DNA of 32,000 bases. It comes from an uncultured Opitutales bacterium. Lineage in GTDB: Bacteria > Verrucomicrobiota > Verrucomicrobiia > Opitutales > Intestinicryptomonadaceae. Shown piece after piece: positions 1 to 9,572 of the stretch (position 1 is the first letter of the stretch; each line of letters starts with the position of its first letter). Where the stretch lies: the NCBI GenBank assembly GCA_934613415.1, contig CAKTSY010000002.1, forward strand, positions 30,001 to 62,000. Reading direction: 5' to 3'. The notes beneath the pieces are model-generated. The model did no database searches and was not told the DNA's origin. It saw nothing but the letters and a program-made list of their open reading frames with translations. The position numbers and the translations under genes are program-made.

Positions 1-2
1 TA

Positions 3-89
3 GATAAAATAGACGTTCTCGTTACCGATTCGGCGGCAAGCCCCGAAGCTTTGCAGCCTTTCGAATCGGCCGGGGTTAAGGTTGTTTAA
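3..89 (+). CDS. 3' end of a CDS truncated by the window edge; possibly a DeoR/GlpR-family regulator C-terminus
   Basis: An open frame enters from the left edge and reads DKIDVLVTDSAASPEALQPFESAGVKVV then TAA. It resembles the C-terminal end of DeoR-family sugar-sensor domains. The fragment is very short. Confidence 0.4.
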   Translation, partial: DKIDVLVTDSAASPEALQPFESAGVKVV

Positions 90-106
90 CAAATTTTGCA
101 TATAAT

Positions 107-147
107 AAAAACGGCTTTGGGCGAAAATTTCCAAAGCCGTTTTTTTG
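107..147. terminator. Bidirectional intrinsic terminator between convergent genes
   Basis: The stem is AAAAACGGCTTTGG (107-120) paired with CCAAAGCCGTTTTT (131-144). It is flanked by an A-run and a T-run and sits between the left partial CDS and the sppA stop. Confidence 0.7.
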
Positions 148-164
148 CGCAAAATACGTTTGGG

Positions 165-1910
165 CTATTTTAAATTTCCAAGCTTATAGGGCGTGTATAG
201 CAAAATGCCCTCGCTTGGGGTTAGCCCCTTTATTTGCCTTAGGGCATTTGCCTTTTTTTGCTCTAGAGATTCCGGGCGCGACGCCTTTAAAAATGTGCTT
301 GTAGCTTCGCCGAAAAAGGCGTCTAAAAACTCTTCCAACGACGGTCTTTTGGGGAACACCTCTATTTGGCAGGGTTCGTCTTGCGCTTGCATTACAAGTT
401 CCATCGTATCCGAAAGCGTCATATTGTAGGCGTCTATCAATTTTAAATCCTTTGCCTTTTGCGCTGTCCAAACTTCGCCGGTTGCCAAGTTTTTGGCTGT
501 AGCTTTGTCTATTTTGCGCGAATCGGCAACAAGGTTAATAAACTTGTCGTACACAAAATCAATTCTGCTTTGTATTATGGCATTTTCCTCGGGCGTGCTT
601 TGCCTAAAGGGGCTTAGCATATCGGCAAATTTGCCGCTTTTTGCCGTGTCGAAATTCACTCCGTAGCTGTCGGCCAATTTTTCTACGCCGAAGTTTATTG
701 AAAATACGCCTATAGAGCCTATAAGGCTTTGCTCTTGCGCAAAAATTTTGTGCGCTGCCGACGCAATCCAATACGCCCCGCTTGCGCACATAGACGAAAC
801 CGAAACAAACACGGGCTTTTTTTGCGCCAGATTTTGCAAAGACCTGCGTATTTGCTCGCTTGCCTGCGCCGATCCGCCGCCGCTGTTTATGCGCACTACC
901 ACACTAGAAATTGTGTCGTCGTCGGCAATTTCGTCGAAAATAGCCGAATAAAATTTTGCCGAAATTACACTTTCTTCGCCGAAAATATCGGAGGGGTCGC
1001 TCTCCATAACAATGTTGCCAGACATATAAACAAGAGCCGTTTTGTTGAGCGAAAACGCGCTTATATCATCGTTGGTTTTTGCATATTTTTCTATGGGAAC
1101 TTCGTCTATTGTATCGTCTTTAAAAAGCGTTTTTTTGATTTTTGCTTTGTCGGCAATTTTGTCTACAAGGCGAATTTCCATAGCCTCTTTTGCGCCGAAA
1201 ACGGGGGTGCTTTGCGTGGCGTTTTCAAGCTTTTGCGCGTCTATTTTCCTTGCGGCGCAAACGGCATTTAGCACGTTTTGCCAAAGGCTTTTGGCTATGT
1301 TTGTAAGCTGTGCTTTAGCTTCGGGCGAAAAGCCGCTTTTTGTAAACATATCGCCAAAATCCTTATATTTGCCGCACTTTACAACGTTTGCCGAAATGCC
1401 GTATTTTTTGAATGCATTTCCGAAAAACACGCCTTCGAACGCCAGCCCCGAAAGGTCTATCTCGCCCATTTCGTCCATAAAAATTTCGTCGGCCGCGCTA
1501 AAAACATAGTATGCTTTTTTGTCGGCGTAGTCGGCCACAGCATATACTTTTTTGCCGCATTCCCTAAAGCTTAAAAGGGCGTTCCTTATTTCGCACGCCT
1601 GCGCAAGCGACATTTGCGTGGTGCTGTCGCAGTAAATCAAAATTGCCGAAACCGAGTTGTCGCAGGCTGCCTTTGCAATGGCGTTGGCAATTTCCCTTTC
1701 GTTTAGCTTGCCGTATTTGTTTTCGCCGCCGAACACCGAGTTTGCCGAAAACGGAAGGTCTTGCACGGGCATTGCAATGTTTAGCGAAACAATGTTTTCG
1801 CCTTTGGTGTCTTGTAGATATTTTGCCGCCCATACGCCCAGCGTTAAAAACGCAAAAAACGCCAAGGTTAAAACTAGGCACGAAGTGCACCCGAATTTTA
1901 TAAATTTCAT
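165..1910 (-). CDS. sppA: Signal peptide peptidase SppA, 67K type (tandem S49 domains)
   Basis: 581 aa with an N-terminal TM anchor (CLVLTLAFFAFLTLGVWAA). There are two S49-like halves, with SGGGSAQASEQI and CASGAYWIASAA motifs in the second half. Confidence 0.85.
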   Translation of the reverse strand: MKFIKFGCTSCLVLTLAFFAFLTLGVWAAKYLQDTKGENIVSLNIAMPVQDLPFSANSVFGGENKYGKLNEREIANAIAKAACDNSVSAILIYCDSTTQMSLAQACEIRNALLSFRECGKKVYAVADYADKKAYYVFSAADEIFMDEMGEIDLSGLAFEGVFFGNAFKKYGISANVVKCGKYKDFGDMFTKSGFSPEAKAQLTNIAKSLWQNVLNAVCAARKIDAQKLENATQSTPVFGAKEAMEIRLVDKIADKAKIKKTLFKDDTIDEVPIEKYAKTNDDISAFSLNKTALVYMSGNIVMESDPSDIFGEESVISAKFYSAIFDEIADDDTISSVVVRINSGGGSAQASEQIRRSLQNLAQKKPVFVSVSSMCASGAYWIASAAHKIFAQEQSLIGSIGVFSINFGVEKLADSYGVNFDTAKSGKFADMLSPFRQSTPEENAIIQSRIDFVYDKFINLVADSRKIDKATAKNLATGEVWTAQKAKDLKLIDAYNMTLSDTMELVMQAQDEPCQIEVFPKRPSLEEFLDAFFGEATSTFLKASRPESLEQKKANALRQIKGLTPSEGILLYTPYKLGNLK

Positions 1911-1923
1911 TTTGTGGATTTAA

Positions 1924-4900
1924 TTAATTGGTTTTTCGCCTAAACTCGAATTTTCTTACCTTAGGTTCGAAAGGTTTTATTTTTGCCTCTAGCCTTAAGA
2001 ATGCGCTTTCCCTTTTTAAGTCGGCAAACTTTTCCTTGTTGAACGCGCTTTTAAAGTCTAAGTCTACGTCCATATAATCGGTTTCGTTTACCCTTATTAA
2101 AACGTGGTGCATAATGCTGCGGTCCTGCTCGCCGTCGTGTATGCAGTGCGAAAGCCTGCGCACAAAATTTTCGGCGTCGCTGTAGGCGTCTATAACCCAA
2201 GTGGCGTCGGTTGCCTGTGTTGCAACTGTTTCGGCCATATTTGTTGCGCTTTCAACGTTGTAGCGAATTTCGCCGTTGTCGTAGCGAATGTCTCCCGAAA
2301 TGCAAAGACAAACGTTTTCGCCCAGCACGTCTTTATAGCTTTCGTAGGCGGTGGGGAACATATTAAACGAATACGATTCGCCGTCTCTTGTAGAAAGCAG
2401 GAACGACGCCCAGGGCTTTTTGTCTTTTTTTGTAAAGCGGCGTTTTACGCCCGAAATTACCCCGCAAACCCTAAAGGGGGCTTTTTTTATGCGGCGCACT
2501 TTGTCTAAGTCGGGCATAATTTTTAGCAGAGCGTCGAATGGGGCAAATTCGTTCATAGGGTGCCCCGAAATGTAAAAGCCCAAAAGCTCCTTTTCGTGCG
2601 AAAGCTTTTCGGAAAGCGGCATGGGCGGCTTTGTCATATCTATAACGTCGGCAAGTTCCGCGTTTTCGCTTCCCATATCCATAAGGTCGAAAAGGCTGGT
2701 TTGCCCCGTTGCCCTGTCTTTTTCTCTTTCGGCTGCCGAGGCTACAATGGCGTCTAGCGAGGCGTTTAAAATGCCCCTGTCTATTTTAAACGAATCGAAT
2801 GCGCCCGACAAAATAAGATTTTGCAGCACCCTTTTGTTTATGCCCGAAAGCCCGACCCTTTTCATAAAGTCGGCCATATCCTTAAAGTTGCCGTTCTTGT
2901 CGCGCTCGCTTACAATGGCGTTTGCCGGGCCGTCGCCAATGCCCTTTACCGCCGAAAGCGCATATCTTATAGAGCCTGCGCTTTTTTCGAATGGGTGTTC
3001 GGCAAGAGGATCCCAATTCTTGTCTATAATGGGGAAGAACGACTGGCGCGATTCGTTAACGTCGGGGCCTAAAACGTGAATGTTTATGTCTTCGCAGGCG
3101 TCGATAAACTTTTCAACCTTGTCGTGGTTGCCCATTTCGCTAGACAGCATAGCCGCCATAAATTCGGCGGGGTAGTTCGCCTTTAAATACGCCGTTCTGT
3201 AGCTAAGCATGGCGTAGGCCGCCGAGTGCGATTTATTAAAGCCGTATTGGGCAAATTTTTCGAGCACGCCGAAAATCCTTTCGGCTTCGGCGGGTTCTAT
3301 GTTGTTAAATTCTTTGGCCTTTGCAACGAATATGGACTTTTGCTGCGCCATAACCTCGGGCTTTTTCTTGCCCATTGCCCTTCGCAAAATATCCGCTTCG
3401 CCGAGCGTGTAGCCTGCAATTATTCGCGCTGCCATCATAACCTGTTCCTGATAAACCAAAACGCCGTAGGTTTCCTGAACAAGGTCTTTAAGCAGAGGGT
3501 GGGGCACCTGCAGTTTCGAAGGGTCGTGCTTGGCCTCTATAAACTGGTCTATAAACTGCATGGGACCTGGTCTATAAAGCGCAATTAAAGCTATAATTTC
3601 CTCGAAAACGCTAAGGCCTATTCTGCGGCACAAATTGCGCATGCCTTCGCTTTCAAGCTGGAATACCCCAACGGTTGTGCCGCTGTTAAGCAGTTTGAAA
3701 GTGGCGGGGTCTTCCAAGGCAACTTCCTCTATGTCGAAATCGGGGTTTTTGCGGGCAAGCCTTACGTTGTCTTGCGCGTCGGAAATAACCGTTAGGGTTT
3801 TTAGCCCCAAAAAGTCGGCCTTTAAAAGCCCAAGCTCTTCGTCGGGCGTTTTTGCAAACTGGGTAGTTAGCGCGCCTTCCTGCGTCATCATAGGCACGAT
3901 ATTGTCCAGCCTTTGGTCGCCAATAATAATGCCGCAGGCGTGCTTGCCTAGTTGGCGTATCATGCCCTCTAAAACTTCGCCCTGTTCGAAAACCTTTTTT
4001 ACGTCGGGCTTAGTTTCTACTTCGGCTCTAAGCTCGGCCGACATTTCCAACGCTTTTTTAAGCGTCATTTTAAGCTCGTCGGGAACAAGCTTTGCAAGGG
4101 CGTTTGCCCTGTCGTAGGGAATGCCGTTTACGCGGGCTAAATCGCGCACAACCGCCTTTGCGCCAAGCTTGCCGTAGGTGGCAATGTTTGCCACGTGGTC
4201 GGTGCCGTATTTGCGCCTTACATAGTCTATAACAAGCGGGCGTCGGCGTTCGCAAAAGTCTACGTCGAAGTCGGGCGGCGAAACGCGCTCTAGCGACAAC
4301 ATTCTTTCGAAAAGCAGGTGAAACCTTATTGGCTCTATGTCGGTAATTTTTATCAAATACGCAATCATACAGCCTGCGCCGCTGCCGCGGCCTGGGCCTA
4401 CGGGAATGCCCTGGGTTCTCGCCCAGTTAATAAAGTCGTATACAATAAGAAAATAGTCTACAAAGCCAGCTCCCACAATAATCGAAAGTTCGTAGTCGAG
4501 CTTGTCGCACAGCATTTTTGCCCTGTCGGGGCTTTCGCCTTCTTTTGGAATGTATTTTTCGGGGTGGTTGTAGTCTACATTATAGCGCTTAACCATGCCC
4601 TTTTTCGCCAAATCGAAAAGCAAAAGGCCGTTTTTCATAAGCTCTTTGCGCCTTTCGGGCGAAAGCGAAAAATCGTCGGGCTTTTTGTTTTGCCTTAAAA
4701 CCTCGTTCTTTTTTGCGACATACAAATCAAGAATGCGGTTGAAATTTTCCTCGTCTTTGTCGTATACGATTTCGGCGGGCTTTTCGTATTTGGGGTAGTG
4801 GTTTTTCCCCATGGGGATTTTAATGTCTACTTTTTCGGCAACTTCAAGCGTGTTGTCTATCGCGTCCAGATTGTCGGGAAACAGCTCCGCCATTTCCTCG

Positions 4901-5736
4901 CGAGTTTTAATGTAAAACTCGTTGTTAGGATAGCGCATGCGGTTTTCGTCGGCAAGCAGCGCTCCCGTATTTATGCAAAGCATGGCGTCGTGCGCTTCGG
5001 CGTCTTTTTTGTAGACATAGTGGCTGTCGTTTGTGGCAACCAGCTTTAAGTCGAACTCTTTTGCCAGCTTTATAAGCCCAGGGATTACCTTTTTGTCGGC
5101 GGGTAAAAAGTGGTTTTGAATTTCTATGTAGTAGTTTTCCCTGCCGAAAATATCCACAAACTTGGCGGTTGCGCGCCTTGCGTTTTCGTAGTCTGAATAA
5201 AGCAGGTATTGCGAGGCAACCCCGTTTATGCAGCCGCTAAGGGCTATAAGCCCCTTCGAATATTTTGCCAGCGTTTCGTAGTCTATGCGGGGTTTGCGGT
5301 AAAAGCCGCGCTCGTAAGATTCGCTTGTAAGCTTTGCCAAATTCAAAAAGCCCTCGTAGTTTTTTGCCAAAAGGGTTTTGTGGTGTATCAAAAAGCGCGG
5401 AAAGTCGGATGGGCGCAATGCCGAAACATCGCCCTCAATGGCGTCGATGTCGTCGGACTTTTCTTCGGTGGGCATTGTGGCCCTTAAGGCGCGAACGTCG
5501 TCGCCCATATTGTGGTCGTTAATAAAATAGGCCTCCATGCCTATTATGGGCTTAACCCCCGCCTTTTGCGCCGCCTGATAAAAATCTATGGCTCCGCACA
5601 TATTGCCGTGGTCGGTCATTGCAACCGCGGGCATGCCAAGCTCTTTTACCCTGCCAAGCAGCACGGGCAAACGGGCACAACCGTCCAGCACCGAGTAGTC
5701 GGTGTGGACATGCAAATGTACAAACGAGTCGGCCAT
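1924..5736 (-). CDS. dnaE: DNA polymerase III alpha subunit
   Basis: 1270 aa. It has an N-terminal PHP domain (FVHLHVHTDYSVLDG, MTDHGNM), a polymerase core (GPGRGSGAGC, DFDVDF, FNKSHSAAYA) and an OB-fold tail. Confidence 0.95.
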   Translation of the reverse strand: MADSFVHLHVHTDYSVLDGCARLPVLLGRVKELGMPAVAMTDHGNMCGAIDFYQAAQKAGVKPIIGMEAYFINDHNMGDDVRALRATMPTEEKSDDIDAIEGDVSALRPSDFPRFLIHHKTLLAKNYEGFLNLAKLTSESYERGFYRKPRIDYETLAKYSKGLIALSGCINGVASQYLLYSDYENARRATAKFVDIFGRENYYIEIQNHFLPADKKVIPGLIKLAKEFDLKLVATNDSHYVYKKDAEAHDAMLCINTGALLADENRMRYPNNEFYIKTREEMAELFPDNLDAIDNTLEVAEKVDIKIPMGKNHYPKYEKPAEIVYDKDEENFNRILDLYVAKKNEVLRQNKKPDDFSLSPERRKELMKNGLLLFDLAKKGMVKRYNVDYNHPEKYIPKEGESPDRAKMLCDKLDYELSIIVGAGFVDYFLIVYDFINWARTQGIPVGPGRGSGAGCMIAYLIKITDIEPIRFHLLFERMLSLERVSPPDFDVDFCERRRPLVIDYVRRKYGTDHVANIATYGKLGAKAVVRDLARVNGIPYDRANALAKLVPDELKMTLKKALEMSAELRAEVETKPDVKKVFEQGEVLEGMIRQLGKHACGIIIGDQRLDNIVPMMTQEGALTTQFAKTPDEELGLLKADFLGLKTLTVISDAQDNVRLARKNPDFDIEEVALEDPATFKLLNSGTTVGVFQLESEGMRNLCRRIGLSVFEEIIALIALYRPGPMQFIDQFIEAKHDPSKLQVPHPLLKDLVQETYGVLVYQEQVMMAARIIAGYTLGEADILRRAMGKKKPEVMAQQKSIFVAKAKEFNNIEPAEAERIFGVLEKFAQYGFNKSHSAAYAMLSYRTAYLKANYPAEFMAAMLSSEMGNHDKVEKFIDACEDINIHVLGPDVNESRQSFFPIIDKNWDPLAEHPFEKSAGSIRYALSAVKGIGDGPANAIVSERDKNGNFKDMADFMKRVGLSGINKRVLQNLILSGAFDSFKIDRGILNASLDAIVASAAEREKDRATGQTSLFDLMDMGSENAELADVIDMTKPPMPLSEKLSHEKELLGFYISGHPMNEFAPFDALLKIMPDLDKVRRIKKAPFRVCGVISGVKRRFTKKDKKPWASFLLSTRDGESYSFNMFPTAYESYKDVLGENVCLCISGDIRYDNGEIRYNVESATNMAETVATQATDATWVIDAYSDAENFVRRLSHCIHDGEQDRSIMHHVLIRVNETDYMDVDLDFKSAFNKEKFADLKRESAFLRLEAKIKPFEPKVRKFEFRRKTN

Positions 5737-5742
5737 AAAGGC

Positions 5743-6798
5743 TTAGGCCTGCGCCGATTGGTCTTCGGCCAAAGTCATACCGCCTACAACCTGAACCTTT
5801 TCGAGAATCTGGTTTTTAATGCTTTCGGCAACTTCCGGATTTTGCGCCAAATACGCCTTTGCGGCTTCTCTGCCCTGGCCTATTAGCTCGCCGTTAAGGG
5901 AAATCCAAGCTCCCTTCTTTTCCAGAATCTTGTGCTCAATGCCAAGGTCTATAAGGCTGCCCGTCTGCGAAATGCCTTCGTTGTACATAATGTCGAATTC
6001 GCATTCGGTAAAGGGGGCTGCAACTTTGTTTTTAACAACTTTTACCTTTGTTCTGTTGCCTATAACCTTGCCCGAGGGGTCTTTAATTTGGCCTATTCTG
6101 CGAATATCCATTCTTACCGAGGCAAAGAATTTTAATGCGCGGCCGCCGGGGGTTGTTTCGGGGCTGCCGAACATTACGCCGATTTTTTCCCTTATCTGGT
6201 TTGTGAAAATGCAAACGCACTTTGTTTTGCTGATGGCGGCAGTAAGCCTGCGCATTGCCTGGCTCATCATTCTTGCCTGAAGGCCTACTGTGCTGTCTCC
6301 AAACTGGCCGTCTAGCTCCTGTTTAGAAACTAGGGCTGCAACCGAGTCGATTACAATAACGTCTATCTCGCCCGAGCGAATTAGCGTTTCTGCAATGTTA
6401 AGGGCGTCTTCGCCGCATTCGGGCTGCGAAACCATAAGGTTATTTAAGTCTACGCCAACAACCTTTGCATAGCGCGGGTCTAGCGCGTGTTCTACGTCTA
6501 TAAACACGGCATTGCCGCCCATTTTTTGCGCTTGGGCAATAACCGAAAGACACAGCGTTGTTTTACCCGAAGATTCCGGGCCGTAAATTTCGCAAATTCT
6601 GCCGCGCGGAAGGCCCCTTACGCCCAATGCCAAGTCTATTGCAATAGAGCCCGTGCTGATTGTTTCAACCTGCATTTTTACAGCATCGCCTAGCCTTATA
6701 AGCGAGCCTTCGCCAAATTGTTTGTTTACCGCGCTAAGGGCCATATCCAAAGCCCTGTTGGGGGTTGCAGTCTGTACAGAATCGTTCTTCTTAGCCAT
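5743..6798 (-). CDS. recA: Recombinase RecA
   Basis: 351 aa with Walker A ([13 protein letters not shown]), [10 protein letters not shown], and L1/L2 loop regions ([37 protein letters not shown]). Confidence 0.97.
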   Translation of the reverse strand: MAKKNDSVQTATPNRALDMALSAVNKQFGEGSLIRLGDAVKMQVETISTGSIAIDLALGVRGLPRGRICEIYGPESSGKTTLCLSVIAQAQKMGGNAVFIDVEHALDPRYAKVVGVDLNNLMVSQPECGEDALNIAETLIRSGEIDVIVIDSVAALVSKQELDGQFGDSTVGLQARMMSQAMRRLTAAISKTKCVCIFTNQIREKIGVMFGSPETTPGGRALKFFASVRMDIRRIGQIKDPSGKVIGNRTKVKVVKNKVAAPFTECEFDIMYNEGISQTGSLIDLGIEHKILEKKGAWISLNGELIGQGREAAKAYLAQNPEVAESIKNQILEKVQVVGGMTLAEDQSAQA

Positions 6799-6895
6799 AA
6801 TTTTTACCGTAATATATTGTTCTTATTTCTTATAAAATTTATATGCGTCTTTTATAATTTCGGCGCAAAAAATTGTCGATAAAAATTTGCTAAAT

Positions 6896-7984
6896 TTATT
6901 CGGCGCAAAAGGCATCAAGCTCGCACTCTACAAGTAAGTTGCTGCGGCATACGGTGCTATATGCTACGCACAGGGGTATTTTGCCTTCTTTGCTTAAATA
7001 TTTTTCAAAAGTAGCGCAATATTCGGGCTTTGCGCAATAGGCAACGGCGTTTATGCAGTCTTTAAAGGACATATTCTGCTTTTTTAAAATTTCCAAAATT
7101 ACATCTCTAGTAAGGCGCGACTGCTTTTGAACATCGCCTATATATGCGGATTGCCCGTCGGCAAAAATCGACGCTGTTCCCGAAACAAAAATTCGCCTGC
7201 CCGTATTTGTGCAAACCATTACAGCCCTTGAAAAAGACGAGCCGTAGTCTTTTGCCGAATTTTGCAGGGGTGACGGAATTTCGCGCACGCTCCAGCTTAT
7301 ATTCTTTTTTGAGCCTTTTAGGGCAATTAGCCCGCTTTCTATTAAAGAGTTGTTTGTGTTTGCAGCCCCAATTCCCGTGCTGGCGGGCAAAAGCCCCTTA
7401 AAGATATTGTGGGTGTTAAAAAATTCGGTTCTAGCCGCGTTAAAATCGCCGTACCAATCCAAAATATTTTGGTTGTAAAACCAGGTGCGTATAACGTCGT
7501 TAAAACAAAATCCGTTTTCGGTTAGGATATTGTTTAAACAGTTTAAATTGTATGTTGCGCGCTCTTTGGCGGTGCAATTAGGCAAATCGCCGTTTACGCC
7601 GAATGTGCGCAGGCACTCGAATTCTTCGTTGCCGTATACTACGCTGTTGCCGTTTGCGCTTTGCCTGAACGATATTTTTTCGGCCTTGCCCAAAACGATG
7701 TGTATAGACGCCAAAAGGGGCTTTGCATTTTCGCTTAAGGGCAGAATGTAGTTTACTGGGAAAGAGTGCCCTGCCTTTTTCTTAAACTCAAGTAGGGGTT
7801 TTTTAAGAAATTCGCCCCCGAAAAGTTCGGCAAACAAAACCGTGGCATTTTCCTTTTTGGCGGTGTACAGCGCAAAGTCGAAAACGGCGTTTGCCTCAGA
7901 TGCGGTTTGCACCCTTTCGCTTATGGATATTTCGTAAACGTCTTTGTAGAACTGCAAAGTTTTTGTTGCGAAAATTTCCGCCAT
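6896..7984 (-). CDS. RidA/YjgF-fold protein, probably an FkbO/Hyg5/XanB2-type chorismatase
   Basis: 362 aa. The C-terminal third fits the RidA pattern (FVSGTASI...GDVQKQSRLTRDVILEIL...LLVECELDAF). The middle region (VIRTWFYNQNI..WYGDFNAARTEFF...LPASTGIG) recalls chorismatase family motifs. This rests on recall only. Confidence 0.5.
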   Translation of the reverse strand: MAEIFATKTLQFYKDVYEISISERVQTASEANAVFDFALYTAKKENATVLFAELFGGEFLKKPLLEFKKKAGHSFPVNYILPLSENAKPLLASIHIVLGKAEKISFRQSANGNSVVYGNEEFECLRTFGVNGDLPNCTAKERATYNLNCLNNILTENGFCFNDVIRTWFYNQNILDWYGDFNAARTEFFNTHNIFKGLLPASTGIGAANTNNSLIESGLIALKGSKKNISWSVREIPSPLQNSAKDYGSSFSRAVMVCTNTGRRIFVSGTASIFADGQSAYIGDVQKQSRLTRDVILEILKKQNMSFKDCINAVAYCAKPEYCATFEKYLSKEGKIPLCVAYSTVCRSNLLVECELDAFCAE

Positions 7985-8009
7985 ATAAAGAGCTCCTCCC
8001 CTTTTTTTA

Positions 8010-9524
8010 TTATTTTAATTCGCCAAATTTCGGAATGGATACAAGCTTTAAAATATATTCGTCGCTTTCGCCGCGCTTTTTAAGCGAGTATGTTACCAAA
8101 GTCGGGTCTTGCAGCTGTGCGGCAAATGCGCCAATTTCGTTTTCTGGCGTTTTTTTAGATTCTATAAGGCGCATTAAAAGATTGGGTTTAACAGAAGAAT
8201 CGGTTCCCTGCAGTTTGTTTAGCCAACTTTTCATTAGGGGCAAAATGCTGTCTATAGAATCTGTGGCAAAGGCTGTATTAAGGAAAATCTCGGCGCAGTC
8301 GTCCGAGGCATCTTTTTCTTTTGCCATAATTTCGTAGGCCTTGCCCAAAAAGTTGTAGGCAAAAGTCTTGTCGGCGGCATAGGCGCAGTTAACAATGTAG
8401 CAAAGGGCGGCGTAGTGCATATCTGCATACAGGCCGTTTTGCGCAAAGCCCCAGGCTGTTGCCAATTCTATAATGTCTTCTTTTGCAAGGCTGTCGGGGT
8501 TAACTATTCGCAGTTTTTGACAAATTTGCGCAAAGTTTTTAGCGGAGGAAGCTGCGGTTGCCACTTTAACAAAGGCGCGGTCTCTGGCTGCTTTGTCTTG
8601 GCAAAGCATTGCCGTTTCAAACGCCTTTTCGGGGTTGTTGTAGGCGCACGCCTGGGCAAGCTGTATCAAAAATGCGTCTTTTTGCGCGCCGTTTGGCAGG
8701 CTTGCCAAAAGCTTTTTTACCCTGTTTATGTCGCCCGAATTTGCCGCGCACTTTGCCAAATATTGCGTGGCGTCGTTCTTGGCTTTGTCGTTTTCTATTT
8801 CGTTGCAAAGGCGCAATGCCCCTTCAAACGCGCCCAAATTTGCATATATTTTCACCAAATATGCCATCGCCTCGTAGCGGCGAAAATCTACACTTATTTT
8901 CTTTATGTTTTCGTTTGCAGAAATCGCCGTTTCCAAAAATAGGTCGGCAAGCTCTGGGTTTGTCTGCAGGTCTTTCGATTTTTCGAAAATATTTTTTATG
9001 GCGTCCATTTCGTAGACAATAAGCGAACGCTGCATTTTTAGATATTTTGCATATTCGTTAATGTCTATGTTCTTCTTTTGTTTGGGTGTAGCCGGCTTGC
9101 TTTGCCTTTCCTTAAAACGCGGGCTCTCGTATACTGGCTGGCAATAATCTGGGGAGGGCATTCCAAAGAATTCGCACAAAACACCGTTTTTATTTGCAAC
9201 GGCTCTTTTTAGTTTTGGCAGAATATTGTTTTCGAAGTCGGCATACTTTACCGTGCCCATGGTAAGTGCGGGGTTAGATACCATCTGCAGCGCAATTTCC
9301 GACGATGGGAACTCTTTTAAAATTCTTTCGGCGTCGGCATGCGAAAGTTCGCACAAAGCCAGCGCGTCGCTAAAATTACCCTTTTCGAATTGGGCGGCGG
9401 CTCTGTTTAGCCTAAGAGACGCGTTAACAAAAAGCTCGTTTGCCGATGTCTTTTCGGGTTTGTTGCACGAGCACAAAAAAAACGCCGCAAGCGAAAGGGT
9501 GGCAACTTTTAAAATCGGTTTCAT
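8010..9524 (-). CDS. Lipoprotein with TPR-like helical repeats, function unknown
   Basis: 504 aa with a signal peptide and lipobox-like FLCSC. The body is a long alpha-helical, Ala/Leu-rich repeat region with no catalytic motif. Confidence 0.55.
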   Translation of the reverse strand: MKPILKVATLSLAAFFLCSCNKPEKTSANELFVNASLRLNRAAAQFEKGNFSDALALCELSHADAERILKEFPSSEIALQMVSNPALTMGTVKYADFENNILPKLKRAVANKNGVLCEFFGMPSPDYCQPVYESPRFKERQSKPATPKQKKNIDINEYAKYLKMQRSLIVYEMDAIKNIFEKSKDLQTNPELADLFLETAISANENIKKISVDFRRYEAMAYLVKIYANLGAFEGALRLCNEIENDKAKNDATQYLAKCAANSGDINRVKKLLASLPNGAQKDAFLIQLAQACAYNNPEKAFETAMLCQDKAARDRAFVKVATAASSAKNFAQICQKLRIVNPDSLAKEDIIELATAWGFAQNGLYADMHYAALCYIVNCAYAADKTFAYNFLGKAYEIMAKEKDASDDCAEIFLNTAFATDSIDSILPLMKSWLNKLQGTDSSVKPNLLMRLIESKKTPENEIGAFAAQLQDPTLVTYSLKKRGESDEYILKLVSIPKFGELK

Positions 9525-9572
9525 ATTACCTAAATCCTACCCTTTAGCTTGGGCGTTTATCAAGCAGTTTTT

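Noticed and set aside
6799-6895. A search for a LexA/SOS box upstream of recA.
   Set aside because: Only a lone GAAC half-site is present (GAACAATATATTAC on the minus strand). There is no CTGT-N8-ACAG or GAAC-N4-GTTC palindrome, so no regulatory site can be supported.
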